A DNA stretch of 64,000 nucleotides, taken from the NCBI GenBank assembly GCA_048213135.1, contig PS015164.1, positions 1 through 64,000 on the forward strand, read 5' to 3'. This DNA is from Reclinomonas americana ATCC 50394. Lineage: Eukaryota. Positions 1 to 13,695 of the stretch are shown piece after piece (position 1 is the first letter of the stretch; every line of letters starts with the position of its first letter). A model generated the notes under the pieces. The model was not told the DNA's origin. It worked only from the letters and a program-made list of their open reading frames with translations, and did not search any database. The position numbers and the translations under genes were made by a program.

Positions 1-3000
1 TGGTGTGATTACTGGCGGCAGCGTGACGACCGCTGGCTCGCTGCAAGGTGGTAGCGTCAGCACTCTCGGCGTGATCAACGCTGGTGGCGTGATTACTGGC
101 GGCAGTGTAACGACCGCTGGTTCTCTGCAAGGCGGCAGCATCAGCACTCTCGGTGTGATCAACGCTGGTGGTTTGATCACTGGCGGCAGTGTGACGACCG
201 CTGGCTCTCTTCAAGGCGGCAGCGTAAGCACTCTCGGCGTGATCAATGCCGGTGGTGTGATTACTGGCGGCAGTGTGACGACAGCTGGCACTATGCAGGG
301 TCTGTCTCTGAGTGCATCTGGCGTCATCAGCGGCGGAAGTGTGACGGCTGTGGGTTCGCTGCAAGGCGGCAGCATCAGCACTCTCGGCGTGATCAATGCC
401 GGTGGCTTGATCACGGGCGGCAGTGTGACGACAGCCGGCTCTCTGCAGGGCGGCAGCATCAGCACTCTGGGTGTGATCAGTGCCGGTGGTGCGATTACTG
501 GCGGCAGTGTGACGACTGCTGGTTCTCTGCAAGGCGGTAGCGTCAGCACTCTCGGCGTGATCAACGCTGGCGGTCTGATCACTGGCGGCAGTGTGACGAC
601 CGCTGGTTCTCTGCAAGGCGGCAGCGTCAGCACTCTTGGTGTGATCAATGCCGGTGGTGTGATTACTGGCGGCAGTGTGACGACAGCTGGTTCTCTTCAA
701 GGCGGCAGTGTCAGCACCCTCGGCGTGATCAATGCTGGCGGTTTGATTACTGGCGGCAGTGTGACAACCGCTGGCACTGTGCAGGGCCTGTCTTTCAGCG
801 CATCTGGTGTCATCAGTGGTGGCAGTGTGACCACTGTGGGTTCCCTGCAAGGCGGCAGCATCAGCACTCTCGGTGTGATCAACGCTGGTGGTTTGATTAC
901 TGGCGGCAGTGTGACAACCGCCGGCTCTCTGCAAGGCGGCAGCATCAGCACTCTTGGTGTGATCAATGCCGGTGGCTTGATCACTGGCGGCAGTGTGACA
1001 ACCGCCGGCTCTCTGCAAGGCGGCAGCATCAGCACTCTTGGTGTGATCAATGCCGGCGGTCTGATTACTGGCGGCAGTGTGACGACCGCTGGTACGGTGC
1101 AGGGCCTGTCTCTGAGTGCATCAGGAGTCATCAGCGGTGGCAGTGTGACGACAGCTGGTTCGCTGCAAGGCGGCAGCATCAGCACCCTCGGCGTGATCAA
1201 TGCCGGTGGTCTGATTACCGGCGGCAGTGTGACGACAGCTGGCACTATGCAGGGTCTTTCTATCAGTGCATCTGGCGTCATCAGCGGTGGCAGTGTGACG
1301 GCTGTGGGCTCTCTGCAAGGCGGCAGCGTAAGCACTCTCGGTGTGATCAATGCCGGTGGTCTGATTACTGGCGGCAGTGTGACGACAGCTGGTTCTCTGC
1401 AAGGAGGCAGCGTCAGCACCCTCGGCGTTATCAACGCTGGCGGTCTGATTACTGGCGGCAGTGTGACGACCGCTGGTTCGCTGCAGGGCGGCAGCATCAG
1501 CACTCTCGGTGTGATCAGTGCCGGTGGTGTGATTACTGGCGGCAGTGTGACGACTGTGGGTTCTCTGCAAGGAGGCAGCATCAGCACTCTCGGCGTGATC
1601 AACGCTGGCGGTCTGATTGCCGGTGGCAGCGTGACGACAGCTGGCACGGTACAGGGTCTGTCTCTCAGCGCATCTGGCGTCATCAGCGGTGGCAGTGTGA
1701 CGACTGTGGGTTCTTTGCAAGGCGGCAGCGTAAGCACCCTCGGCGTCATCAACGCTGGCGGTCTGATTACTGGCGGCAGTGTGACGACCGCTGGTTCTCT
1801 GCAAGGCGGCAGTGTCAGTACTCTCGGCGTGATCAACGCTGGCGGTCTGATTACTGGCGGCAGTGTGACGACTGCTGGTTCTCTGCAAGGCGGCAGCATC
1901 AGCACTCTCGGCGTGATCAACGCTGGCGGTCTGATTACTGGCGGTAGCGTAACGACAGGTGGCACGGTGCAGGGCCTGTCTCTCAGCGCATCTGGTGTCA
2001 TCAGCGGCGGCAGTGTCACCACCGTGGGTTCGCTGCAAGGCGGCAGCATCAGCACTCTCGGCGTGATCAATGCCGGTGGTCTGATTACCGGTGGCAGTGT
2101 GACGACAGCTGGTTCTCTGCAAGGCGGTAGCGTCAGTACTCTCGGCGTGATCAACGCTGGCGGTCTGATTACTGGTGGCAGTGTGACGACCGCTGGTTCT
2201 CTGCAAGGCGGCAGCATCAGCACTCTCGGCGTGATCAACGCTGGCGGTCTGATTACTGGCGGTAGCGTAACGACAGGTGGCACGGTGCAGGGCCTGTCTC
2301 TCAGCGCATCTGGTGTCATCAGCGGCGGCAGTGTGACCACTGTGGGCTCACTGCAAGGCGGTAACGTCAGCACTCTCGGCGTGATTAACGCTGGCGGTTT
2401 GATCACCGGTGGTAGTGTGACGACAGCTGGTTCACTACAAGGCGGCAGCATCAGCACCCTCGGCGTGATCAATGCCGGTGGTCTGATTACCGGTGGCAGT
2501 GTGACGACAGCTGGTTCGCTGCAAGGAGGCAGCGTCAGCACCCTCGGCGTTATCAACGCTGGCGGTCTGATTGCTGGCGGCAGTGTGACGACAGCTGGTT
2601 CGCTGCAAGGAGGCAGCATCAGCACTCTCGGCGTGATCAATGCTGGCGGTCTGATTACTGGCGGTAGCGTAACGACAGGTGGCACGGTGCAGGGCCTGTC
2701 TCTCAGCGCATCTGGTGTCATCAGCGGCGGCAGTGTGACCACTGTGGGCTCACTGCAAGGCGGTAGCGTCAGCACTCTCGGCGTGATTAACGCTGGCGGT
2801 CTGATCACCGGTGGTAGTGTGACGACAGGTGGTTCACTACAAGGCGGCAGCATCAGCACCCTCGGCGTGATCAACGCTGGCGGTCTGATCACCGGTGGTA
2901 GTGTGACGACCGCTGGATCGCTGCAAGGCGGCAGCATCAGCACTCTCGGTGTGATCAATGCCGGTGGTCTGATTACCGGTGGCAGTGTGACGACAGCTGG

Positions 3001-5745
3001 TACGGTGCAGGGCCTGTCTCTCAGCGCATCTGGTGTCATCAGCGGTGGCAGTGTGACGACTGTGGGTTCGCTGCAAGGCGGCAGTATCAGCACTCTCGGG
3101 GTCATCAACGCTGGTGGCTTGATCACTGGCGGCAGTGTGACGACAGCCGGCTCTCTCCAAGGCGGCAGCATCAGCACTCTGGGTGTGATCAATGCTGGCG
3201 GTCTGATTACTGGCGGCAGTGTGACGACCGCTGGTTCTCTGCAAGGCGGCAGCATCAGCACCCTCGGTGTGATCAATGCTGGCGGTCTGATTACTGGCGG
3301 CAGTGTGACGACAGCTGGCACTGTGCAGGGTCTGTCTCTCAGCGCATCTGGTGTCATCAGCGGTGGCAGTGTGACGACTGTGGGTTCTTTGCAAGGCGGC
3401 AGCATCAGCACTCTCGGCGTGATCAATGCCGGTGGTGTGATTACCGGCGGCAGCGTGACGACAGCCGGCTCTCTCCAAGGCGGCAGCATCAGCACTCTGG
3501 GTGTGATCAATGCTGGCGGTCTGATTACTGGCGGCAGTGTGACGACAGCTGGCACGGTACAGGGTCTGTCTCTCAGCGCATCTGGTGTCATCAGCGGTGG
3601 CAGTGTGACGACTGTGGGTTCGCTGCAAGGCGGCAGTATCAGCACTCTCGGCGTGATCAATGCCGGTGGCGTGATTACTGGCGGCAGTGTGACGACAGCT
3701 GGTTCGCTGCAAGGAGGCAGCGTCAGCACCCTCGGCGTTATCAATGCCGGTGGCGTGATTACTGGCGGCAGTGTGACGACCGCTGGTTCTCTGCAAGGCG
3801 GTAGCATCAGCACTCTCGGCGTTATCAACGCCGGTGGCTTGATTACTGGCGGCAGCGTGACAACCGCTGGCTCTCTTCAAGGCGGCAGCGTAAGCACTCT
3901 CGGCGTTATCAACGCTGGCGGTCTGATTACTGGCGGCAGTGTGACGACCGCTGGTTCGCTGCAAGGAGGCAGCGTCAGCACCCTCGGCGTTATCAATGCC
4001 GGTGGCGTGATTACTGGCNNNNNNNNNNNNNNNNNNNNGGCAGTGTGACGACAGCTGGTTCGCTGCAAGGAGGCAGCGTCAGCACCCTCGGCGTTATCAA
4101 CGCTGGCGGTCTGATTACTGGCGGCAGTGTGACGACCGCTGGTTCGCTGCAGGGCGGCAGCATCAGCACCCTCGGCGTTATCAACGCTGGCGGTCTGATT
4201 ACTGGCGGCAGTGTGACGACAGCTGGCACTGTGCAGGGCCTGTCTCTTAGTGCATCTGGCGTCATCAGCGGTGGCAGTGTGACGGCTGTGGGCTCTCTGC
4301 AAGGCGGCAGCGTAAGCACTCTCGGTGTGATCAATGCCGGTGGTCTGATTACCGGCGGCAGCGTGACGACAGCTGGCACTGTGCAGGGTCTGTCTCTCAG
4401 TGCATCTGGAGTCATCAGCGGTGGCAGTGTCACCACCGTGGGTTCGCTGCAAGGCGGCAGTATCAGCACCCTCGGCGTGATCAATGCCGGTGGCGTGATT
4501 ACTGGCGGCAGTGTGACGACCGCCGGTTCTCTGCAAGGCGGCAGTGTCAGTACTCTCGGTGTTATCAACGCTGGCGGTCTGATTACTGGCGGTAGTGTGA
4601 CGACCGCTGGATCGCTGCAAGGCGGCAGTATCAGCACTCTCGGTGTCATAAATGCCGGTGGCTTGATTACTGGNNNNNNNNNNNNNNNNNNNNNNNNNNN
4701 NNNNNNNNNNNNNNNNNNNNNNNNNNNNNNNNNNNNNNNNNNNNNNNNNNNNNNNNNNNNNNNNNNNNNNNNNNNNNNNNNNNNNNNNNNNNNNNNNNNN
4801 NNNNNNNNNNNNNNNNNNNNNNNNNNNNNNNNNNNNNNNNNNNNNNNNNNNNNNNNNNNNNNNNNNNNNNNNNNNNNNNNNNNNNNNNNNNNNNNNNNNN
4901 NNNNNNNNNNNNNNNNNNNNNNNNNNNNNNNNNNNNNNNNNNNNNNNNNNNNNNNNNNNNNNNNNNNNNNNNNNNNNNNNNNNNNNNNNNNNNNNNNNNN
5001 NNNNNNNNNNNNNNNNNNNNNNNNNNNNNNNNNNNNNNNNNNNNNNNNNNNNNNNNNNNNNNNNNNNNNNNNNNNNNNNNNNNNNNNNNNNNNNNNNNNN
5101 NNNNNNNNNNNNNNNNNNNNNNNNNNNNNNNNNNNNNNNNNNNNNNNNNNNNNNNNNNNNNNNNNNNNNNNNNNNNNNNNNNNNNNNNNNNNNNNNNNNN
5201 NNNNNNNNNNNNNNNNNNNNNNNNNNNNNNNNNNNNNNNNNNNNNNNNNNNNNNNNNNNNCGGTAGTGTGACGACCGCTGGCTCGCTGCAAGGCGGCAGC
5301 ATCAGCACCCTCGGTGTGATCAACGCTGGCGGCCTGATTACTGGCGGCAGTGTGACGACCGCTGGTTCTCTGCAAGGCGGTAGCGTCAGCACTCTGGGTG
5401 TGATCAACGCTGGCGGTCTGATTACTGGCGGCAGTGTGACGACAGCTGGCACTATGCAGGGCCTGTCTCTCAGCGCATCGGGAGTCATCAGTGGTGGCAG
5501 TGTGACCACTGTGGGCTCACTGCAAGGCGGCAGCATCAGCACCCTCGGCGTCATCAACGCTGGCGGTCTGATTACTGGCGGTAGCGTAACGACAGCTGGC
5601 ACTGTGCAGGGTCTGTCTCTCAGCGCATCTGGTGTCATCAGCGGCGGCAGTGTGACGACTGCTGGTTCTCTGCAAGGCGGCAGCATCAGCACCCTCGGCG
5701 TGATCAGTGCCGGCGGTCTGATTACTGGCGGTAGTGTGACGACAT
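1..5745 (+). repeat. Coding tandem repeat array of 84-bp (GGSVTTAGSLQGGSISTLGVINAGGLIT) and 66-bp (GGSVTTAGTVQGLSLSASGVIS) units
   Basis: Dozens of near-identical units directly visible, interrupted by N gaps at 4019-4038 and 4674-5260. Confidence 0.97.
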
Positions 5746-6916
5746 CTGGTTCCGTGTCAACGTCGACACTCAGCGTCGCATCCACGACAACAATCAACGG
5801 TCGGCTGCGCCTGAAGCAGGACAATACTAACTATACGGTTTCCACACCCGATGGATATGGCTTCCTGCAGTACACGTCGACGCAGAAAGTTTCGTGTTCG
5901 TTTCCCGGTCGAAGTTTTTCTTGCTTTGTACTCATCATTGATGCTGCCGCCAGTTGTACTTGCTCGGTGACGATGGAACGTACTACAGCATGACAACCAC
6001 GGTCAGTTCATGTTTTTGTCGATTCTGCTCTGCTCGCTGTGCTCACCTTGCTCGTTCTCCGATGCAGACGGGTTCTACGCCCTCGGACGCCCGCCTGAAG
6101 CAGAACGTTCAGCCAATCGCAGGCGCCAATAGCCTCGTCCGTCGACTCCGTGGCCGTACGTTTGAGTGGAATACGGTGGGTATTGCCATGTGGCTGTGTG
6201 TGCGTGTGCGTCTGTGGACATTTGTGAGACTCATGACGTCGATTCGTTGTATTGCAGGCCGCCAAAGCATTCGGGTTTGAGCCAGGCGAGAAGTCGATCG
6301 GCTTCATCGCCCAGGAGCTCGAAATGTTGGTTCCTGAACTGATCGAGACCGAGCGTCACCCCAGTGGCTTGGTGAGTCTTGCTGCCCCAGTGTGGCAGTC
6401 GAAATGATCGCTCACGTATCTACATTACAGTCTGTTAAGCGAGTTGCTTACGGCCCGGTGGTGGCCATTCTTGTTGAAGCGCTGAAAGAGCAGCAGTTGA
6501 CACTGGAGCAGCAGCAGTTGACACTGGAGCAGCAGCAGTTGACACTGGAGCAGCAGCAGTTGACGGTGGAGCAGCAGCAGAATGTGCTCACCGTCTACGA
6601 TGCCGAGTTTGCGAATCAGCGGCTGAAGATGGCTGATCAGGAACGTATTAATCGGGAGCAGGAGTTGAAGATGGCTGAACAGGAACGCGTGACCCAAGAG
6701 CAGCTTGCCGAGCAAAAGCGCATCACACAGGAGCAGGAGCTGAAGGTGGCTGAACAGGAGCTGAAGCTCGCGGAACAGGAACGCGAGTTGACCGAACTTC
6801 GTCGTCTTGCCGAGGTGCACTCGCAGCAAATCGCCGAACTGAGCCGTTTGATGGCCACGCTGGCGGCAGCACGTTCCAGCAACGAACTTTCCCAGCAAGA
6901 CAACAAGCCAATGTAA
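1..6916 (+). CDS. Giant G/S/T repeat fibre-like protein with C-terminal peptidase S74 / intramolecular chaperone (ICA) domain and coiled coil; 5' partial
   Basis: Repeat exon to 5888 (two N gaps), then exons 5954-6001, 6068-6175, 6258-6371 and 6431-6916 joined by GT-AG phase-0 introns. The spliced product has PSDARLKQNVQPI, GFIAQELEMLVPELI and VAYGPVVAILVEALKEQQ, which are classic S74 motifs. Confidence 0.9.
6488..6580 (+). repeat. 21-bp coding repeat (EQQQLTL x4) in coiled coil
   Basis: gagcagcagttgacactg-type unit repeated; heptad period. Confidence 0.9.
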
Positions 6917-6972
6917 CAACATGCAGTGTTTTATTGACAATCTCTCCAACAATGGTTTGGCACCTCTATTCT

Positions 6973-9900
6973 TCAGGGAGAGTGACTGTCTCGGTTGATG
7001 AGCACATGCGGACTCTTGTAAGGGTCGGGGCGTGCACAAGGAATCACATGCCAGATTTGCTCGGCATACTGCAATAGATCTCGATTAGTAGTGACACACG
7101 CAGTTGCATATGCAGGCTCTGCACGCCGCACCTCGCGCACACTGCGATCGGAGGAAAAGTAGCCGCTGCGAGCAGTCGAAGTCAGACTCTTGCGAATCCA
7201 CTCTCGTGGATTCTTGTACAGCTCGTCCACATTGCCCTGAATCCGGAGATAGTCGGCAAAGTCATATGCTGCAATGTACTGTCATTGTCGCACGATGAGC
7301 TCAGCAAGTGAGCAAGCAACAACAGGTGCACCGGCGGGGGAGCATAACGCACCTTGTTGAAGATGGTGCCGACAAAACGATCAAATCCGAACTGCCGATA
7401 ATCGCCAAACGTGCCACTCCGAATGAGATCCAGCACGCGAGTTAGCCGCTGGTCCTCGCGGAAGCTGCCTGAACGCACTGAATCCCAGGCGGATTGCACC
7501 TGATCACAGCGGCAGCCAAAGATGAACATGTTGTCCTCGCCGATTTGCTCCGCAATCTCCACATTAGCGCCATCCATCGTGCCGATAATCAGGCAGCCGT
7601 TCATGGCAAACTTCATGTTGCTGCAGCGATGTGATGAGTGGCCACCATTCTTCTTGCACTATTCTGCATGGCGGCTCTGACGCAAACAAACCTGGTACCG
7701 GAAGCCTCATAACCGGCAGTTGAAATCTGCTGGCACACATCCGCTGCCGGGATGATGATCTCGGCCAGTGACACCTTGTAATCCGGCAGGAACACCAGTT
7801 TCAAGTACGCATTTGTCTCAAGGTCGTGATTGATCACCGCGGCCACGTTGTTGATCAGCTTGATTGTGATCTTGGCGACCTCGTATCCGGGGGCGGCTTT
7901 TCCGGCAAAAATCACGGTTCTCTTGACCGTTCGCGCACGCTCCTCGGCCGACATTCGCTTCAGCTCGTCCCACCGATGAATCACACTACAACGCAAGCCA
8001 CGGGCATGAACACAACCGCCATGGAAAGTATGCATGCACAGTCCATGTCACACACCTCAGCAAGTTGAGCGACTGCCGCTTGTACTCTGCCAACCGAGAG
8101 CGCACCATTGAGCACTGCTGTGAGTATCGACGGCGAGCGGTCCACCACCACCACCACCACCAAGAACTTACCGTGAATGCGCTTCACGTGCACATCAAAC
8201 AGCGACGACCGATCGACGACGATGCCAGTCTCGTCCTCGATGTGCAGTGCTGCATGGGTTGGAATGGTGCGTGAGCGGCGGATTCAGTCACGCAGCGCGC
8301 TCGTGTTGCGACAAACCCAGAATCTCCTTGTTGTACCGCCGCACTTCTTGCCACTCGCGCTCCAGTTCCGGATCACCAATCACATCGAGCAGGGCCGTCA
8401 GTTTTGAGAGCTTGGTCATCCAGTGATGGTCATCGCACCACTTGCACACCAGTTCGGTGTACTTGGGATTCGCGAGAGCCATCCACCTGTGGGGCCGGGG
8501 GAAATTGTCGTGGTGGTAGTGAGTGCGAGAGGAAGAGAGAGAGAGAAAACATGTGGAAGTTCTCACCGCCGCGGTGTCACTCCGTTCGTGACATTGACAA
8601 AGCGATCCGGAAACATGCTGGCAAAGTCGGCAAAGAGCGAATCACGCAGAATCTCCGAGTGCATTCGCGAGACACCGTTGACTTTGAAGGAGCCGACGGC
8701 TGCCAAGTGAGACATGCGAACCCACTTGGGCTCACCCTCCTCGATGAGACTCATGCGAGCCAGCTTGTCGCGATTGCCAAAGTGTGCCTCCACGTCGATC
8801 AGGAAGCGGCGGTTGATTTCGTAGATGATTTGCATGTGACTGAGCACAAGAACACAAGAGGCGACTGTGAGGTGGTGGCAACTCGGGGACGATGACGCAG
8901 CACACGGACGCACCGAGGCAGCAAGTTCTCCATCAGCGACACGCGCCATTTCTCCAGCGCCTCAGGCAGCACGGTGTGGTTCGTGTACGCAAACGTGTTG
9001 CGCGTGATCTCCCAGGCCTCCTCCCATCCGAGGAACTCTGCGTGTACGTGTGCGTGTGGCAAGACATGAGCTGCTGTCAAGCTGCGTGGTGCGCACGGGC
9101 GCACGTACCTTCGTCGAGAAGAATGCGCATCAGTTCGGGAATGGAAATGGTGGGATGGGTGTCGTTCAGTTGAATCACCACCTGCGGAATCAATGAGTAC
9201 CCTCATGGTGAAAAGAAAGAAATACTGGGCTATGCGAACCTTGTTTGGCAGCTCGCTCAACGGCAGCGACAGCTTTTTGAATCGTCGCAGAATGTCCTGG
9301 ATGGTGGCACTCGAGAAGAAGTATTGCTGCTTCAGGCGAAGCTCGTTTCCTGGGGCGGGAGAAACAGTGAGAGGGGGAAGCGAGAACAATAGAGGTGCGC
9401 CTCACGTACCTCGGTACTGGTGGTCATTCGGGTACAACACCGACGTGATGGTCTCCGACTTGTTCTTCTCTCCAATGGCACCAACATAGTCGAATCTACA
9501 CGAACCGCATCGTGATGAGCGACGGAAGCAGTGAGAGGCGCGTGGAAGTGGGCGGACTGACGAACGAGTTGAACAGGTCGTAGTCAAACTCGCGAGATGG
9601 CTTGGCCTTCCACAGGCGCAGATTGTTCACATTGAAGGTGTCGTAGCCGGGGATCGGGTTGTCGTAGGCACAGGCAAACACGCTTTCGCCACCTTGCCAG
9701 TGCACCTATTCTTCCCCCGCATGAGAAACACCGTGTCACAAGAGGGAACGAAGCAGCTGCAGTGCCATGCAACAAACCCTCATGCACCCGAGCTCGTCCT
9801 CGTACCACGATGTCTCGCCGTAGAAACGAACTGGATAGTACACGTCGAGTCGCTCAATCTCCCACGGGTTTCCGCGAGAAAGCCTGCCACAATAACTAAG

Positions 9901-11567
9901 ACCGACGGCGCAGCGCGAGAAGGATGATGATCCGTGTCTCACCAGTAATCAGGACGCTCCTTCTGGAACCCGTCGACGATGCTCTGCGCAAACATGCCGT
10001 ATGTGTAGCGGATGCCGTATCCCCACGCCGGCAAGTTGGCCGTGGTCATCGAGTCCTACACACGCAGAGGGGGAGAAATGGTCAGCCCAGATGCCCTCCG
10101 CATAACGGTGCACGACAGCAGCAGCAGCAGACCAGATAGCATGCCGCCAGACGCCCGAGGCCGCCGTTTCCGAGTGCTGCATCCTGCTCTTCGTCGTACA
10201 GCTCCTCCAGCGCGTACCCAAAGTCAGTCATCGCTGTGAAACAAGGAGGTGAGTGCTGAGGAGTGCCCATACGCAGCGGGATACGCACACACACCTTGTC
10301 CGTACTCGGAGGTGAGATCGAGATTGAAGAGTGCGTTTTGCAGGCTGCGGCCCATCAGGAACTCCAGACTCATGTAGTACACACGTTTGCCTGCATGCTC
10401 GGTGATGTACTGCGGGGTGGGGATGGAAAGAGAGGTGAGGGGGGTAGGGAGGGCGAGGGAGAGAAGGGGAGGGAGAGGGAGAAGGAGAGAAAGAGAAGTG
10501 GAGGGAGGGGGAGACGAAGAGCGGATGGGTGTGAGGCGCGGTGTGCGCGAGAGAGAGAGAGGAGGAGGAGAGAAGGAGAGAGCGCCACAAGCCTGCACTC
10601 AACATGAGGTCATGAGACCCACAGGAATAAGTCAAACAACACACAGGAGGACTACAACTGTCGCGTCCAGACAACGGCCACCACCAACACACACAACGAC
10701 GAAGGCAAACCTGCTGCGTGTCATTCCAGCTCTCGATCAATCGATCGCGCACACTCAACGCCGTGGCCATGTACGTCGCCCACGACTCAATGTTGAAGCG
10801 AGTGCGTGCCAGCGTGTATTCGACATGGTTGACCACGTACTGCTCAATGTCACGCGGGTCCTTGGACAAGTACGTCGACATGAGCTCCCACATGCGACTG
10901 GTGCCGATCGGATTGCGCAGGTCCGCAGGTCTGTGCAATTACAGTGATAGGCGATCAGTATAGTCGACCAGTAACATGATGGCACGTAGCGCAAGACGCC
11001 GTACCGATACGCGATCTCGTTCTTGGCTGATGGTGACGCGCGATGTGACCAATGTGAGACAACACGCAGCGCAGCGATTCGGACGTGTCCGCATCGACAT
11101 GACGACTTACCGTGACTGCGTCGGCGTTTGAGATGAGGCGTCTTGCGCGGAATCACCGCCATGGAGGTGGGCGAACCTCCTCCACTGTAGGTGACCTCCA
11201 CACGCGCAGTCGGGCTGCTTCCATCGAAGCTGTCGACCACGGGCGGAAATCCACTGTCGCAGAGATGAGAAAAAGCACAGTGAAAGAAGAAGGTGGAGTG
11301 AGGAAGCACTCTGACCAGGGCGACTGCGGCGTGCTACTGAACTGTGTTGTTTGCGAGTGAGCGAGAGAGAGGAAGAACGCACATTGTGAGTTACGCAACA
11401 CGAGATTCCTCAGTGTCGGGCATTCCGCCACTCAGCGAGTTGCGTCGGCGTCGCTCACGTGGTGACATGCTGCCTCCTGCGCCTTGAGTGCCTGTGACTG
11501 ATGCAGAGGCTGGTGTACCACTCATCATCTGCTGTTGTTGTTGTGCGACAAAGTCCAACGTGTTCAT
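6973..11567 (-). CDS. glgP: Glycogen phosphorylase (multi-exon)
   Basis: Spliced motifs [71 protein letters not shown] (PLP lysine) and FSSDRSV. The start codon is inferred. Confidence 0.95.
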
Positions 11568-12137
11568 CGCTCCGCAACAACAACACAAAGGAAAACGATT
11601 GGCAAGGAGCGAATCTTGAACCGAATCTTTTCACGCACTCGTTCCCTCTCTCTCTCTTTCTCTGTGTGTTGCGTGCATGCCGCGTGCTGTTGTGACCGGT
11701 GGTGATTGGATACGACGAGGAAAAAAATCATCGTTCACTCATGAAGGTGGCGGGATTGGTAAGCAGTTGTGCGATTATTGGTTGTAGAAGTCGACATTAT
11801 GGTGTGAAACCTTCTTGCAGTGCGATACGAACGCGTGCCGAAACACAGAAGGCGAGAGGATGAGGTGTGTTGATACGCAAGTGTGCAGCGGGCAGGCGCC
11901 ATGTTCAACATGCAGTCTCCCAATTCGGACAGACCACATGGCCATGGATGCTGGCTGTGAAGAGAAGAGGGCAAGCGGTGTGCGGGCAGCACACAGCTGG
12001 GCCGAGGCGTTAGAGAGGCGCACACAAGCACACTGTGACAATGAGACTGCAGCAGTGCGTGAATCCGAACCGGCGCGAATCCGAACGCGCGGTGATTGAA
12101 AGAAAAAGTACGAATACGGCGAGAACATAAGGCGGCT

Positions 12138-13663
12138 TCATGACTCGCAGAGAGTGGCGTTGAAGGCCACAGTGGCCTCGGAGTGTGGGTGATGGCCGAC
12201 TCCTGTGCCGCTGTGAGTGAGGGGCGCGAGAGTGGCAAGCGAAGTGAAAACAAACCTTGCAACTCGATGACTTTGAAGTTGGGAGACTTGTTGCAGAGGG
12301 CGCGCATGTGCGGCCCGAAGGATGGATCGACAAACGGGTCGTCTCTGGTGGCATGCAAGAGCGTGAGGCGCGACTGTGTTTCACCAAACAACGACGCAGG
12401 CAGGCAGGCACTCACCGTCCGTAAATTACAGTGACCTGCAATGCGGGTGGAGCGTGAGTGGAGCGGCAAGGAGGGCGAGAGAGGAAGGGGATAAAGAGCG
12501 CACCGGTATGGTCAACGAGGGGAGATCTTCCTCCAACGGGTGCGTCCTGCGTTGGCCGTTGAATACAGTGTGTGTGCATGAAGATCCAGCAGACGAATAC
12601 ATACCATGGACTGTTTCGCGGCGACGGCAGCAACCGCGTCCAGGCGACTTCACCGCTGGCCGGCATAGCGGAAATATGGTACAGATACTCGGCCTGCCAA
12701 CGCACATGTGAGCCGGCGGGCGTAATAAAGCACCGGGAAAATTGAAGGCGAACCAGTCGATTGTCAGACCACGGGAAGCGGCCGCGATCCTGCCATCGAG
12801 CCGTGGACACCACCAGGTAGCCTACACAGAGGACTTATGAGCACACAGAGCCTAACGTGCGGGAGAAAGACCTGCAAGCAATAATCTCCCGTTGTGAGCA
12901 CTCTCACCAAAGTGAGGTCCGAGCGACCGAACGACATCCTGCGGGGTGATGCCGAGCACGCCAAATCCACCGGCGTCGCGGTCCAGATCGCCCGACTGCA
13001 TGTACTCGTGAAGGAACTGATCGAGTCGAGGGCTCTTGCGCAGGCCTGCGAGACGCAGTTAGTCACCAGAATGTCTCACGGCCGACAGCCACTCACCAAC
13101 AGGCGCATTCAGTATCAGCCGCCGAACTCGTTGCGGGTGCTCCAGAGCATACGACGCGGCCTGCACGACGAGTGAGAGAAGGAGAAGGAAAAGGAGGAGG
13201 AGGAGGAGGAGGAGGAGGAGGAGGAGGAGGAGGAGGAGGAGGAGGAGGAGGAGGAGGAGGAGGAGGAGGAGAGGAGGAGGAGGAGGAGGAGGAGGAGGAG
13301 GCGAAGGAGGAGAAGCGGAAAAGAGAAGGAAGAGAAGAAGAAGGAGAAGAAGAAGAAGACGAAGAGGGAGGAGGAGGAGAAGAAGAAGAACAAGAAAAGA
13401 TGATGATAAAAAAAGAAGAACAAGAACAAGAAGAAGAAGAAGAAGAAGAGGAAGAGGAAGAAGAACAAGAACAAGAACAAGAAGAAGGAGAAGAAGAACA
13501 AAACAAAACAAGAAGAAGAAGAAGCCAAGGAGGAGGAGGAGGAGGAGGAGGAGGAGGAGGAGAAGAAGAAGAAGAAGAAGAAGCAGAAGGAGAAGAACAA
13601 GAACAAAAAGAAGGACAAGAAGAACAAGAACAAGATAAAGAAGAAGAAGAAGAAGAAGAAGCA

Positions 13664-13695
<32 letters not shown>

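Noticed and set aside
4019-5260. Apparent frameshifts in the fibre gene
   Set aside because: They coincide with N gaps of estimated length
211-5824. Long antisense and alternative-frame ORFs over the repeat array
   Set aside because: Shadows of the repetitive sense ORF; only the + frame splices into the S74 domain
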